Source: an uncultured Bacilli bacterium (GTDB taxonomy: Bacteria; Bacillota_I; Bacilli_A; RF39; UBA660). From it: a stretch of 64,000 nt of DNA. The notes below the pieces were generated by a model, which saw only the letters and a program-made list of their open reading frames with translations, was not told the origin of the DNA and made no database searches. The position numbers were made by a program, and so were the translations under genes. Shown piece by piece: positions 29,977-38,865 of the stretch. Positions within the stretch are counted from its first letter, which is position 1; each line of letters begins with the position of its first letter. The stretch covers positions 1,815-65,814 of the forward strand of contig CALVZF010000001.1 of assembly GCA_944372455.1 (NCBI GenBank), written 5' to 3'.

Positions 29977-31496
29977 AAACTAATGAGTTAATTTATGATA
30001 AAACTTTAAAGAAAATGCTTTTTGAATATATAGAAAAATTAGACAGTTTTATTATTAATACAAGTGGATATCCAACTTCAAATTGTCAAACTAAAGGAGA
30101 AGTAAACGATGTTTTCTTCAAAAAGTTAAATACAACAAAAATAAAGAAACTTTATAGTGGTGACTATCTATCTTTGTTTAATGAGTATTATAATTTATTA
30201 CAAGGAAAAGTAAAAACAAATAAAATTATAGCGTTGCTGTATAAAGATAATGATATTTTCGAATTTTCGCAGTTAATTGATAAAGAAAAGTTTTTAGATA
30301 ATGCTAATGTTTTTCAATGGGATGATATAAGTAATCTCTTTGATATAATTCTATTAGAAATTAATGCTTGTGTTAATTATAATAAAAGTAGTAAAATAAA
30401 GTTGGGAATTGAAACAGCGATTTGGAATTTTACAATAGATGGTATTCTTTTTGATTTAGATCCACCTAAACTATTAAAGAAAACAGAAGATACAAGTTTT
30501 ACTAGAAAAGAAGATATTAATCATATTAAAAGAACAATTTATCGTAGTTTTGATGAAACAGGTATGAAAATTAACTTGCTTGTTACTTTGAAATTAGGAG
30601 AAAAACATAATAGTTTTATTATAAAAAATAAACCTGATAATTATCTAATAATTCTTTTAAAAAAAATACTTGATAGTTATACTAAAGAAGATGATAGAAA
30701 AAAATTAGTAGAAAAATTATACAATGGTGTGTCTGCAAATGAGATGTTTGTAGATCACCCTATAGAAATTTTAAGGAGGGAACTTATGATGAGAGAACAA
30801 AGTATGAATAAAGAAATAGTATTTGTTGCTGGTACTTCTGAGTCTGGCAAAAGTGGAGGAATAAACTATTTAAAAGATAAATATGATGAAATTCAACATA
30901 TAAAAATAAGAGATGTTTTTCCTAAAGTTTATGAAGATACTCAAACAAATTTATCTTTTGAAGAATGGCAAGATGTTGAAGAAAAAAGAGATTTAAATAA
31001 CTTTTGGAGATTATTTGTAAATAAGGTTTATGAAATGGCTAATCCTGAAAAAAGTATTATAATTTTAGATACAATGTACGGTGTTGATGGTATGATAGAG
31101 TTATATAAAATATTAGGTGATAAAGTTAATTTACTATATATTGATGCTCCATTCAATGATAGAGTTATGAGAGAGTATTTAAGATTAAGAACAGATTCTC
31201 CAAGAGGTACAAGAAAAGCAGATTTATCAGTAACAATAGAAGATGTAGTAGAAAGAACAATAAAAAAAGATAAGAAAAAAAATAGCAGACGTGCTAATAA
31301 ATTAAAAGAGTTACGTTATAGTGCTGACTATAAAAGTTTAGAAATAGGTGGATTAGGAGAGCAATTTACTTATTTAATTAATAATGATAGTAATATTGAT
31401 AACTTTTATTCGTCTTTAGATAAATATATTAATCATATAAAAAATAAAAGTACTGATAAATCAGATGTAGAGTTACAAAAGAGGCTAAAAAAATGA
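29973..31496 (+). CDS. two-domain protein with C-terminal P-loop kinase-like NTPase
   Basis: Walker A VAGTSESGKSG and a hydrophobic-strand-Asp Walker B candidate (IIILDTMYG); N-terminal 270 aa of unknown fold. Overlaps the upstream stop (ATGA). Confidence 0.4.
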   Translation: MKTNELIYDKTLKKMLFEYIEKLDSFIINTSGYPTSNCQTKGEVNDVFFKKLNTTKIKKLYSGDYLSLFNEYYNLLQGKVKTNKIIALLYKDNDIFEFSQLIDKEKFLDNANVFQWDDISNLFDIILLEINACVNYNKSSKIKLGIETAIWNFTIDGILFDLDPPKLLKKTEDTSFTRKEDINHIKRTIYRSFDETGMKINLLVTLKLGEKHNSFIIKNKPDNYLIILLKKILDSYTKEDDRKKLVEKLYNGVSANEMFVDHPIEILRRELMMREQSMNKEIVFVAGTSESGKSGGINYLKDKYDEIQHIKIRDVFPKVYEDTQTNLSFEEWQDVEEKRDLNNFWRLFVNKVYEMANPEKSIIILDTMYGVDGMIELYKILGDKVNLLYIDAPFNDRVMREYLRLRTDSPRGTRKADLSVTIEDVVERTIKKDKKKNSRRANKLKELRYSADYKSLEIGGLGEQFTYLINNDSNIDNFYSSLDKYINHIKNKSTDKSDVELQKRLKK

Positions 31497-32014
31497 ATTT
31501 AACATTTTTAAGACATGGTACAACTGATTTAAATGGAAAAGGATTAATTGCTACAAAGTTAGACTATTCTTTAAATGATAATGGAAGAAAACAATGTGTG
31601 GAAAATATTTTTGCAAAAGATGATTTTAGCATCGTTTATTCTTCGCCTTATAAAAGGACTTTAGAAACTGCTAGACTTGTGTATCCATATAGTGAACCTA
31701 TTATATTACCTTGTATTGTGCAACGCAATTTAGGTGTTTTAAATGAAAAATATAAAAAAGATTATACTAGAGAATATTTAAAGTTGGTTAGAGATTATAT
31801 AGTTAATCCCGAAGGTGCAGAAACATTAAATGATATAATAATTAGATTAGATTACTTTTTTGATTACGTTAAACTAAATAATAGTGAAAATGCTAATATT
31901 TTAGTAGTTACTCATAATGGTATTATGAGAATAATAAAGAAGTATTATATGAATGAAACAAATAATATAGAAAGTGAAAATTTGGAAAAATTTACTTTGA
32001 CTTTAAAGAGGTAA
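31493..32014 (+). CDS. histidine phosphatase (phosphoglycerate-mutase/CobC family)
   Basis: RHG motif (LRHGTTDLN), SSPYKRTLETA, second His (VVTHNGIMR). Confidence 0.7.
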   Translation: MNLTFLRHGTTDLNGKGLIATKLDYSLNDNGRKQCVENIFAKDDFSIVYSSPYKRTLETARLVYPYSEPIILPCIVQRNLGVLNEKYKKDYTREYLKLVRDYIVNPEGAETLNDIIIRLDYFFDYVKLNNSENANILVVTHNGIMRIIKKYYMNETNNIESENLEKFTLTLKR

Positions 32015-32168
32015 GATACTAACAAAATATAATATGAATTTTTGGAATATATTATTAATACTAATTATTTAGCAGTTGTAATATAATTTGTTCATTATAC
32101 AACAGGAAGTACATTTACAATATAGATAGTGTAAGAAAGTTATTCTAAATAATAGAGGTGGTTATTAT

Positions 32169-32657
32169 ATGCGAGAAAGTATAAAAATTAAAACAGATAA
32201 TTATAATTTTAAGTTTAGAGTTTCAGGATTAATTATAAAAAATAATAAGCTTTTATTAGTTGATATGGATGATAGTGGTTTTTGGTGTTTACCTGGAGGT
32301 TATGTAGAACTAGGTGAAACAACAGAGACTGCAGTTAAACGCGAATTGTTAGAAGAAGTAGGAAAAAAGTTTGATATTAGTAAATATTTGGGTGTAGTAG
32401 AAAATTACTTTATAAATAAATATTCAAAAAAAATTCATGAAATATCTTTCTACTATTTAATGAGTCCTATAGAAAATATAGATACTAATAATTTTACTAT
32501 TATTGAAAATGATAAAGGTCATAATATAAAGTTGGCTTTCAAGTGGATTGATTTAAAAGAAGTAAATAATTATGATATCAGACCTAGTTTTCTTAAACAA
32601 ATCTTAGAAAGTGAAAATCTTGAATTTAATCATCTGATTTTTAATGAGTTAGATTAA
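32169..32657 (+). CDS. Nudix hydrolase
   Basis: Nudix box GGYVELGETTETAVKRELLEEVG. Confidence 0.8.
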   Translation: MRESIKIKTDNYNFKFRVSGLIIKNNKLLLVDMDDSGFWCLPGGYVELGETTETAVKRELLEEVGKKFDISKYLGVVENYFINKYSKKIHEISFYYLMSPIENIDTNNFTIIENDKGHNIKLAFKWIDLKEVNNYDIRPSFLKQILESENLEFNHLIFNELD

Positions 32658-32989
32658 GCGCATTATTATTTATAATAAAAAATGATAATTATTTAAACCT
32701 TAAAAAGATTTTAATATTTATAGATAGAAATCTTTAGATTACCAATTCAAGTGATATAGTTATTATGAAAGGTATAAGGTTTTTATGGAAAAATAGTAAT
32801 TGAACTATATATAAAATAATTTCGGGATTCTATACATGTATAAAATATTAAATTAGGTAATAATTAGGTAATATTTTTTTAGATTTTTCTTAATTATATT
32901 TAATTTTCTTTAATATAAATTAAATTAAAACAGTTAAAAAAATAATGGGAAAATGAAGTTGTAAAATAAAAAATGACTAAACAACTTCG

Positions 32990-33028
32990 CCCCCTGAAGA
33001 CAGACCGAGAGGTCTGTCATTTGTTTTT
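32990..33028 (+). repeat. CCCCCTGAAGAC + hairpin + T-run element, copy C
   Basis: CCCCCTGAAGACAGACC-GAGA-GGTCTGTC-ATTTGTTTTT, preceded by hairpin GAAGTTGT...ACAACTTC. Confidence 0.5.
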
Positions 33029-33191
33029 ATACCCATAAAATGGGGGATTTAAGATAAATTTAAATATTTCCAAACTACATTAAACCACATTTTATTAATT
33101 TTCAGTGGTTAGATAAATGAATAAAGAGTTTAACTAAGAGATTTTTAATAAATTTCTTAGTTTTTTTAATAAATATAGAAAGGAGTCAAAA

Positions 33192-33335
33192 ATGTCAGAA
33201 TGTAAAATAATCGCAATAACAAATCAGAAAGGAGGGGTAGGTAAAACTACAACTACCTTTAATCAAGGATGCATCAAGAATTATAGAATAATTACTTATC
33301 TTTTATACCAACTAGTACATCTAATGAAACATTAA
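33192..33335 (+). pseudogene. truncated ParA/Soj-family partition ATPase (N-terminal 30 aa, then out-of-context tail)
   Basis: MSECKIIAITNQKGGVGKTTTTFNQG deviant Walker A, then the frame runs into the antisense strand of the XRE gene and stops after 47 codons. Confidence 0.6.
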
Positions 33336-33732
33336 AAATTTTACATAAACTAATTAGTGTTTCAACAGAAATTGATCTTTTTTGAGTTTCATATTGTGAT
33401 ATTGTATTATGATTATAGGATAGTTTATTCGCTAAGTCTTTTTGTGTCGTATTTTTTGATAACCGGTAATTTTTAAGAATTTTAGTTAATTGGGATAATT
33501 TAAATTTTTTTCTATTACCATTAAAGTATTTAATGTTTGTTATTCCTACAATATAATCTAAACTAACATTATAAAATTCAGCAATTTCAAGTAGTAAAGA
33601 AATTGGTATAGCATTTTTTTGTGTTTCATATTCTACATAGGATCTACGATTTATATTTAATCTATTTGAAATATCTTCTTGTGAATAATTATAATATTCT
33701 CGTAAATCTTTGATTCTAAATTTTTTAATCAT
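33292..33732 (-). CDS. tandem XRE-family HTH transcriptional regulator
   Basis: Two Cro/C1-type HTH repeats (QEDISNRLNINRRSYVEYE and QKDLANKLSYNHNTISQYE). Confidence 0.7.
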   Translation of the reverse strand: MIKKFRIKDLREYYNYSQEDISNRLNINRRSYVEYETQKNAIPISLLLEIAEFYNVSLDYIVGITNIKYFNGNRKKFKLSQLTKILKNYRLSKNTTQKDLANKLSYNHNTISQYETQKRSISVETLISLCKIFNVSLDVLVGIKDK

Positions 33733-34041
33733 TTATACACCGCCTATTTTATACATTCATAACGTATCATAGATGAATTATTTTTATTTTCGTTTGGCAT
33801 AAATTGCGAAGTTGTTAAGAATCATTAAAATATTGTCTAAACTAAAATTTATTTAGTAAATATTTAGAAAGGAGCAGGTCTAAAATATCTTATATTAGTA
33901 ATTTTAGGTTAAAAAAAGTATGTTCAAGATAAATTATTATGTAATTTTATTAACAATCTATCACGTTTTTATACTTACCAAAAAGTGCGTACTACCACAA
34001 ATGAAAGTGTTGTTGTATAATATATATAGGAGTTGATACCT

Positions 34042-34353
34042 ATGACAAAAACTTATACAAATTGTCCAGTTGAATATACAGCATCTATTATAGGAAACAA
34101 ATGGAAAATTATTATTCTAAGAGATTTACTAACGGGCACAAAAAGATATAATGAGTTAACAAGAAGTGTTGTTGGGATATCAGCTAAAGTATTGACAGAA
34201 AATTTAAGAGAATTAGAAGGTGACGGAATTGTTAAAAGAAAAGTTTATCCTGTAGTACCACCTAAAGTAGAATATTCCTTAACAGATAAAGGAAACGAAT
34301 TAAAAGACGTACTTGATATGATGAAAGCGTTTGGAGAAAAATATAAACAATGA
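34042..34353 (+). CDS. HxlR-family winged-helix transcriptional regulator
   Basis: CPVEYTASIIGNKWKIIILRDL...RYNEL signature of HxlR/MarR-like regulators. Confidence 0.8.
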   Translation: MTKTYTNCPVEYTASIIGNKWKIIILRDLLTGTKRYNELTRSVVGISAKVLTENLRELEGDGIVKRKVYPVVPPKVEYSLTDKGNELKDVLDMMKAFGEKYKQ

Positions 34354-35237
34354 TTTTAAATGTTAGTGGAAGGACAGATATAATTGCTTTTTACAGCGAA
34401 TGGTTTATGAATAGATATAAAGAGGGATTTGTAGATGTAAGAAATCCATTTAATCCTAAAATGATTAGTAGAATATATTTTGACGATGTAGATGCTATCA
34501 TGTTTTGTACAAAAAATCCGATACCTATACTAAAATATTTAAGGGAAATCAAAAAGCCAATATTATTTCATGTTACTTTAACTTCATATCATAAAGATAT
34601 TGAACCAAATGTTCCATCAAAAGGAAAGATAATAGAAGCCGTGAAAGAATTATCTAATATTGTTGGAGTAGATAATTTAAGTATTAGATATGATCCTTTA
34701 TATATAAGTGATAAGTACAACGTAGAATATCATAAAAAAGCATTTGACAAATTGTGCAGTTTATTAGAAGGATATGCAAAAAGAATAATAATATCGTTTA
34801 TAGATGATTATAAAAATGTTAGAAAAAATGAAAAGAAATTAAACTTTCGTGAATTTACTGAAAATGATTATAAAGAAATAGGTATTAGTTTTAGTGAAAG
34901 TGCAAAAAAATATGGAATGACAGTTCAAACTTGTTTTGAGGATAGAAATCTTGCAGAATATGGCTTTACTATAGGAGAATGTGTATCACATGAATTAGCA
35001 TATATTTTAACTGGTAAAAAATATCCTAATTGGAAAGCGAGAAAAGAACAAAAATGTAATTGTGTTCAAATGGTTGATATAGGAGTATATAATACTTGTA
35101 ATCACATGTGCAAGTATTGCTATGCTAATTATGATGAAAAACAAGTATTAAGTAATATGTGTGAGCATGATAAAAATAGCAGTTTACTGATTGGTCATAT
35201 TAATGAAGATGATATTATCAAAGTTAGAGAGGGATGA
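34350..35237 (+). CDS. DUF1848-like protein with C-terminal CxxxCxxC cysteine cluster
   Basis: C-terminal NTCNHMCKYCYANY (radical-SAM-like C-x3-C-x2-C) plus extra Cys (CNCVQ, CEHD). DUF1848 assignment is from recall. Confidence 0.45.
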   Translation: MILNVSGRTDIIAFYSEWFMNRYKEGFVDVRNPFNPKMISRIYFDDVDAIMFCTKNPIPILKYLREIKKPILFHVTLTSYHKDIEPNVPSKGKIIEAVKELSNIVGVDNLSIRYDPLYISDKYNVEYHKKAFDKLCSLLEGYAKRIIISFIDDYKNVRKNEKKLNFREFTENDYKEIGISFSESAKKYGMTVQTCFEDRNLAEYGFTIGECVSHELAYILTGKKYPNWKARKEQKCNCVQMVDIGVYNTCNHMCKYCYANYDEKQVLSNMCEHDKNSSLLIGHINEDDIIKVREG

Positions 35238-36000
35238 TTCTATAAATAATATTGATTATTTAATTCAAGAACTAATTAAAGAAGATACAAGACTAGCTAA
35301 CATAAAAATACCATCATCATTAGAAGAAAAGAAAGAATTATATCGTGCAATTAGAAATATAAGAGAACCAAAGCCAATAAGTGAAGAATACCTAAAAATT
35401 CAAGATGAATATTTACAGGAAGAAATAAAAAAGAAAGGTATTGTGAATGAAGAAGAAATCCCATTTGATAAAAGTATTATTTCTATATGGAGAGGAGATA
35501 TAACAACGCTAAAATGTGATGTAGTAGTAAATGCTTGTAATAAATATTTACTTGGTTGTTTTAATCCTGCTCATAGATGTATAGATAATACAATTCATTC
35601 ATTTTCAGGAATAGAACTTCGTGAAGAATGTAATAATATTATGAAAGGTAGGACATTACCTAATGGTAAAGTTGTTTTAACTAATGCATATAATTTACCT
35701 AGTAAATATATTATTCAAACAGTTGGACCAGAGGTAAATGGGATTCCAACTGAACAAGATAAAGAAGATTTAAAAAATTGTTATTATAATTCATTAGAGC
35801 TTGCCAAAGAAAAAGGATTAAAAAGTATTGCATTTCCATGTATAGCAACAGGACTTTATGGATTTCCACAAGATGAGGCAATTGAAATAGCAATTAAAAC
35901 TATTACAAATTACATAGAAGAAAATATAGGTATATTCAAACATATTATATTTAATGTATTTAAAGATGAAGATTTAATAATCTATAAAAAAAATCTATGA
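35203..36000 (+). CDS. macrodomain protein (MacroD/YmdB-like ADP-ribose hydrolase) with about 95 aa N-terminal extension
   Basis: Macro motifs GDIT-CDVVVNACN, IHSFSG, IIQTVGPEVNG, SIAFPCIATGLYGFP. Start overlaps the DUF1848 gene. Confidence 0.8.
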   Translation: MKMILSKLERDDSINNIDYLIQELIKEDTRLANIKIPSSLEEKKELYRAIRNIREPKPISEEYLKIQDEYLQEEIKKKGIVNEEEIPFDKSIISIWRGDITTLKCDVVVNACNKYLLGCFNPAHRCIDNTIHSFSGIELREECNNIMKGRTLPNGKVVLTNAYNLPSKYIIQTVGPEVNGIPTEQDKEDLKNCYYNSLELAKEKGLKSIAFPCIATGLYGFPQDEAIEIAIKTITNYIEENIGIFKHIIFNVFKDEDLIIYKKNL

Positions 36001-36018
36001 TAAAGGTGATGAAATATA

Positions 36019-36846
36019 ATGACTGATATTATTAAAATTAAAAAATGGATTGATGAAGCAAATGCAATTATAATTGGTGCAGGTGCAGGATTATCAGATG
36101 CAGCAGGTATTCATTATAGTGGAGCAAAATTTGAACACGATTTTATAGATTGGATTAGAAAGTACGGAATAAAAGATTTATATACTTCATCTTTTTATCC
36201 ATTTAGAACAGAAGAAGAAAGATGGGCTTATTGGTCTAAACACATTTATTTTTCTTATTATGAAAGAAGAAATACTGACCTTTATAAAAATTTATTTAAT
36301 CTAATTAAAGATAAGAATTATTTTGTTATCACAACTAATACTGATGGACAGTTTATAAATAATGGATTTGATAAAGAAAGAGTATTTGAAGTTCAAGGTA
36401 GTTATTCAAAACTACAGTGTGCTACACCATGTCATAACAAACTATATGATAATGAAGAACAAGTAAAAGAAATGTTATCAAATATAGATGAAGATTTAAA
36501 AATACCTTCTTCATTAGTTCCTAAATGTCCTGTGTGTGGTAAAAAGATGTCAGTTAATTTAAGATGCGATAATACATTTGTTGAAGATGATAATTGGTTT
36601 AAAATGCAAAATAAGTATAATAATTTTATAAGAAATAATTCTGATAAAAATGTACTTTTATTAGAGTTTGGTATTGGTTTTAACACGCCTGGAATTATTA
36701 GATTTCCATTTGAACAAATGACATTTATGTACGATAATTTCAAGTTAATAAGATTTAATGATAAATATGCAATGATACCAGAAGAAATTAGAGATAGGGC
36801 TATACCTGTAACTGATAATATAAATGGAACAATAGACTTAATATAA
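36019..36846 (+). CDS. Sir2-family protein, macrodomain-linked sirtuin (SirTM-like)
   Basis: Rossmann GAGAGLSDAAGI, Zn ribbon CATPCHNKLYD...CPVCGKKM; immediately downstream of the macrodomain gene. Confidence 0.75.
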   Translation: MTDIIKIKKWIDEANAIIIGAGAGLSDAAGIHYSGAKFEHDFIDWIRKYGIKDLYTSSFYPFRTEEERWAYWSKHIYFSYYERRNTDLYKNLFNLIKDKNYFVITTNTDGQFINNGFDKERVFEVQGSYSKLQCATPCHNKLYDNEEQVKEMLSNIDEDLKIPSSLVPKCPVCGKKMSVNLRCDNTFVEDDNWFKMQNKYNNFIRNNSDKNVLLLEFGIGFNTPGIIRFPFEQMTFMYDNFKLIRFNDKYAMIPEEIRDRAIPVTDNINGTIDLI

Positions 36847-37033
36847 AAATTAAATTATATATAATATAGAAAAGAATCTAGAAAATATTTTAGATTTTTT
36901 TTAATAAATTTACATGCTAAAAACTTTCTTTTTTTCTTATTTCAAAATATAATTAATTATGGTATTATTAACTAAACTAAAAGTAGAGTTATAAATTTAA
37001 TTTATGTGATATGATTATTTTGAGGTGAAAATC

Positions 37034-38854
37034 ATGGATAATAATAAAGTTGGAAAATTTATTGCAAGACTTCGTAAAGAAAAAAATTTAACTCAACAAG
37101 AATTAGGAGATAAATTATTTGTTACAGATAAAGCTGTAAGTAAATGGGAACGAGGATTAAGTTTTCCAGATGTTACACTTTTAGAAAAATTAGCAAGTGA
37201 ATTAGGAGTAGACGTCTCTGAAATTTTAAGTGGAAAAAGAGGAAAGGTAAGTAAATTAAATGTTCAAGAAGAAGTAAATAAAGCTATAAAAAATATAAAG
37301 GAGGAACAACGTCTAAAAAAAGAAAATTTTAGAAAAAAAGTAAAAAAAGTGTCTATTATTGCTTTTTGCTTTCTAATAGTTATAGCTTTACTATTGATTA
37401 TTAGATATAAACATTATCATCCAAAAACAATTAAGGAGGGAAACAATCCTTACGAAATCGGATTTATCGGATTTTATAATTTACAAAATAAAGGATTAGA
37501 AGAATTTATTGAAATAATGAATAAAACGGAGAATCAAAAAAATTTAAAATCTAATATTGTAGGACTAAATATTGATTTAAATAAAAAAGGTAATATTAAA
37601 TCTATTTCCTTATCAATTAATTATTTTGACAACGATTTAAAATATGTAGGTAGAGGATATTACAATTATAAAAATAAAAATTTAGAGTATAGTTATGAAA
37701 GTGTTAAAGAATGTAAAACAGTTACAGATTGTGAAATTAATTCATCTTTGGTAATGGAATACTCTAAAAGTTTAAATATAAGTTATTTAAGCGACAAACT
37801 AAAAACCATACCTTTTAAAAATCAAATCAAATTGAGCAATTTAGATTATTATGTAGTCTCTATATATCCTAACAAAAAGTTTTCAGATTCTACGGTAGTA
37901 TTTGACATGAGGGATAACAAAAAAATAGAGGCACTAAATTTTGACGATTATAAAGCTGGAAAAGGTGGAACAGTATCTCAAGGAATTTATTTAACTATCA
38001 CACTTAGTGATGGTAGTAGTGTTGTTGCTCCTGAAATATATCAATACATCTTTGATAATGTAGATGGAGATACAAAAAAAGTTGATTATAGTATGGAAAC
38101 AGATTATTATATAAATTCCAAAAACGAGTTATTATTTACAAGAGATTATGGTAATAATTGGATTAAAACTGACATTTCAAGTAATGAAGTAGAAGAAACA
38201 TTAGATTTTTATAAAGACATTTCGCTTAAAAATAGTAGTTGGTTTATCTCAACTAATGAATTAGTACCTATTGCTTATTTTTATGGAAAACAACCAAAAT
38301 TAAAAATATCAACAGATAATGGAAATAATTGGATAGAGAAAACTTTTGAATTAGCAAACACTGAGGTACATAAAGATATAACACGTCGTATTGTAGGGTT
38401 TACCGATCAAAATTTTGGATATGTAGCTTTAGGTACAGATTGGACTATGGGAAGCGGTGAAATAAAAAAAGCCTATATAACAAAAAATAGTGGTAATGAT
38501 TGGGAAACTATTGAATTACCAGAAAATGGAACTAGTAAAACTTTAATAGATTTCATAATGTATGATGAAAAAACTGGAATTGTTTTACTTCATAATAATC
38601 AAAAAGAATTTCCATATATATTTTCTACCATAAATGGTGGTGAGTCTTGGGAAAATGTTGGATATATAAATGAAATTCCAAAGACTGTTACTTATTTAAG
38701 TAATATAGATAATATAGAAAAAGAAAATAATAAATATATTATAACTTTAAGCCAAGGAGATTCTGCAACAACTAAAATTAAATTAATATCTTCCGATTTA
38801 ATAAATTGGAAATATGATTCTACATTTACAAGTAATATACATACTGTGGGTTAA
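37034..38854 (+). CDS. membrane-bound XRE-HTH regulator with extracellular BNR/Asp-box repeat (beta-propeller-like) domain
   Basis: N-terminal Cro/C1 HTH (LTQQELGDKLFVTDKAVSKWERG), one TM, then repeated S/D-x-G-N-N/D-W motifs (DYGNNWIK, STDNGNNWIE, KNSGNDWE, INGGESWEN). Confidence 0.6.
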   Translation: MDNNKVGKFIARLRKEKNLTQQELGDKLFVTDKAVSKWERGLSFPDVTLLEKLASELGVDVSEILSGKRGKVSKLNVQEEVNKAIKNIKEEQRLKKENFRKKVKKVSIIAFCFLIVIALLLIIRYKHYHPKTIKEGNNPYEIGFIGFYNLQNKGLEEFIEIMNKTENQKNLKSNIVGLNIDLNKKGNIKSISLSINYFDNDLKYVGRGYYNYKNKNLEYSYESVKECKTVTDCEINSSLVMEYSKSLNISYLSDKLKTIPFKNQIKLSNLDYYVVSIYPNKKFSDSTVVFDMRDNKKIEALNFDDYKAGKGGTVSQGIYLTITLSDGSSVVAPEIYQYIFDNVDGDTKKVDYSMETDYYINSKNELLFTRDYGNNWIKTDISSNEVEETLDFYKDISLKNSSWFISTNELVPIAYFYGKQPKLKISTDNGNNWIEKTFELANTEVHKDITRRIVGFTDQNFGYVALGTDWTMGSGEIKKAYITKNSGNDWETIELPENGTSKTLIDFIMYDEKTGIVLLHNNQKEFPYIFSTINGGESWENVGYINEIPKTVTYLSNIDNIEKENNKYIITLSQGDSATTKIKLISSDLINWKYDSTFTSNIHTVG

Positions 38855-38865
38855 ATGGAGGAATT

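Noticed and set aside
35191-35237. TTG start at 35191 for the macrodomain gene, as in the ORF track
   Set aside because: The in-frame ATG at 35203 is more plausible; either way the gene overlaps the DUF1848 3' end. I chose 35203 but the true start is uncertain.
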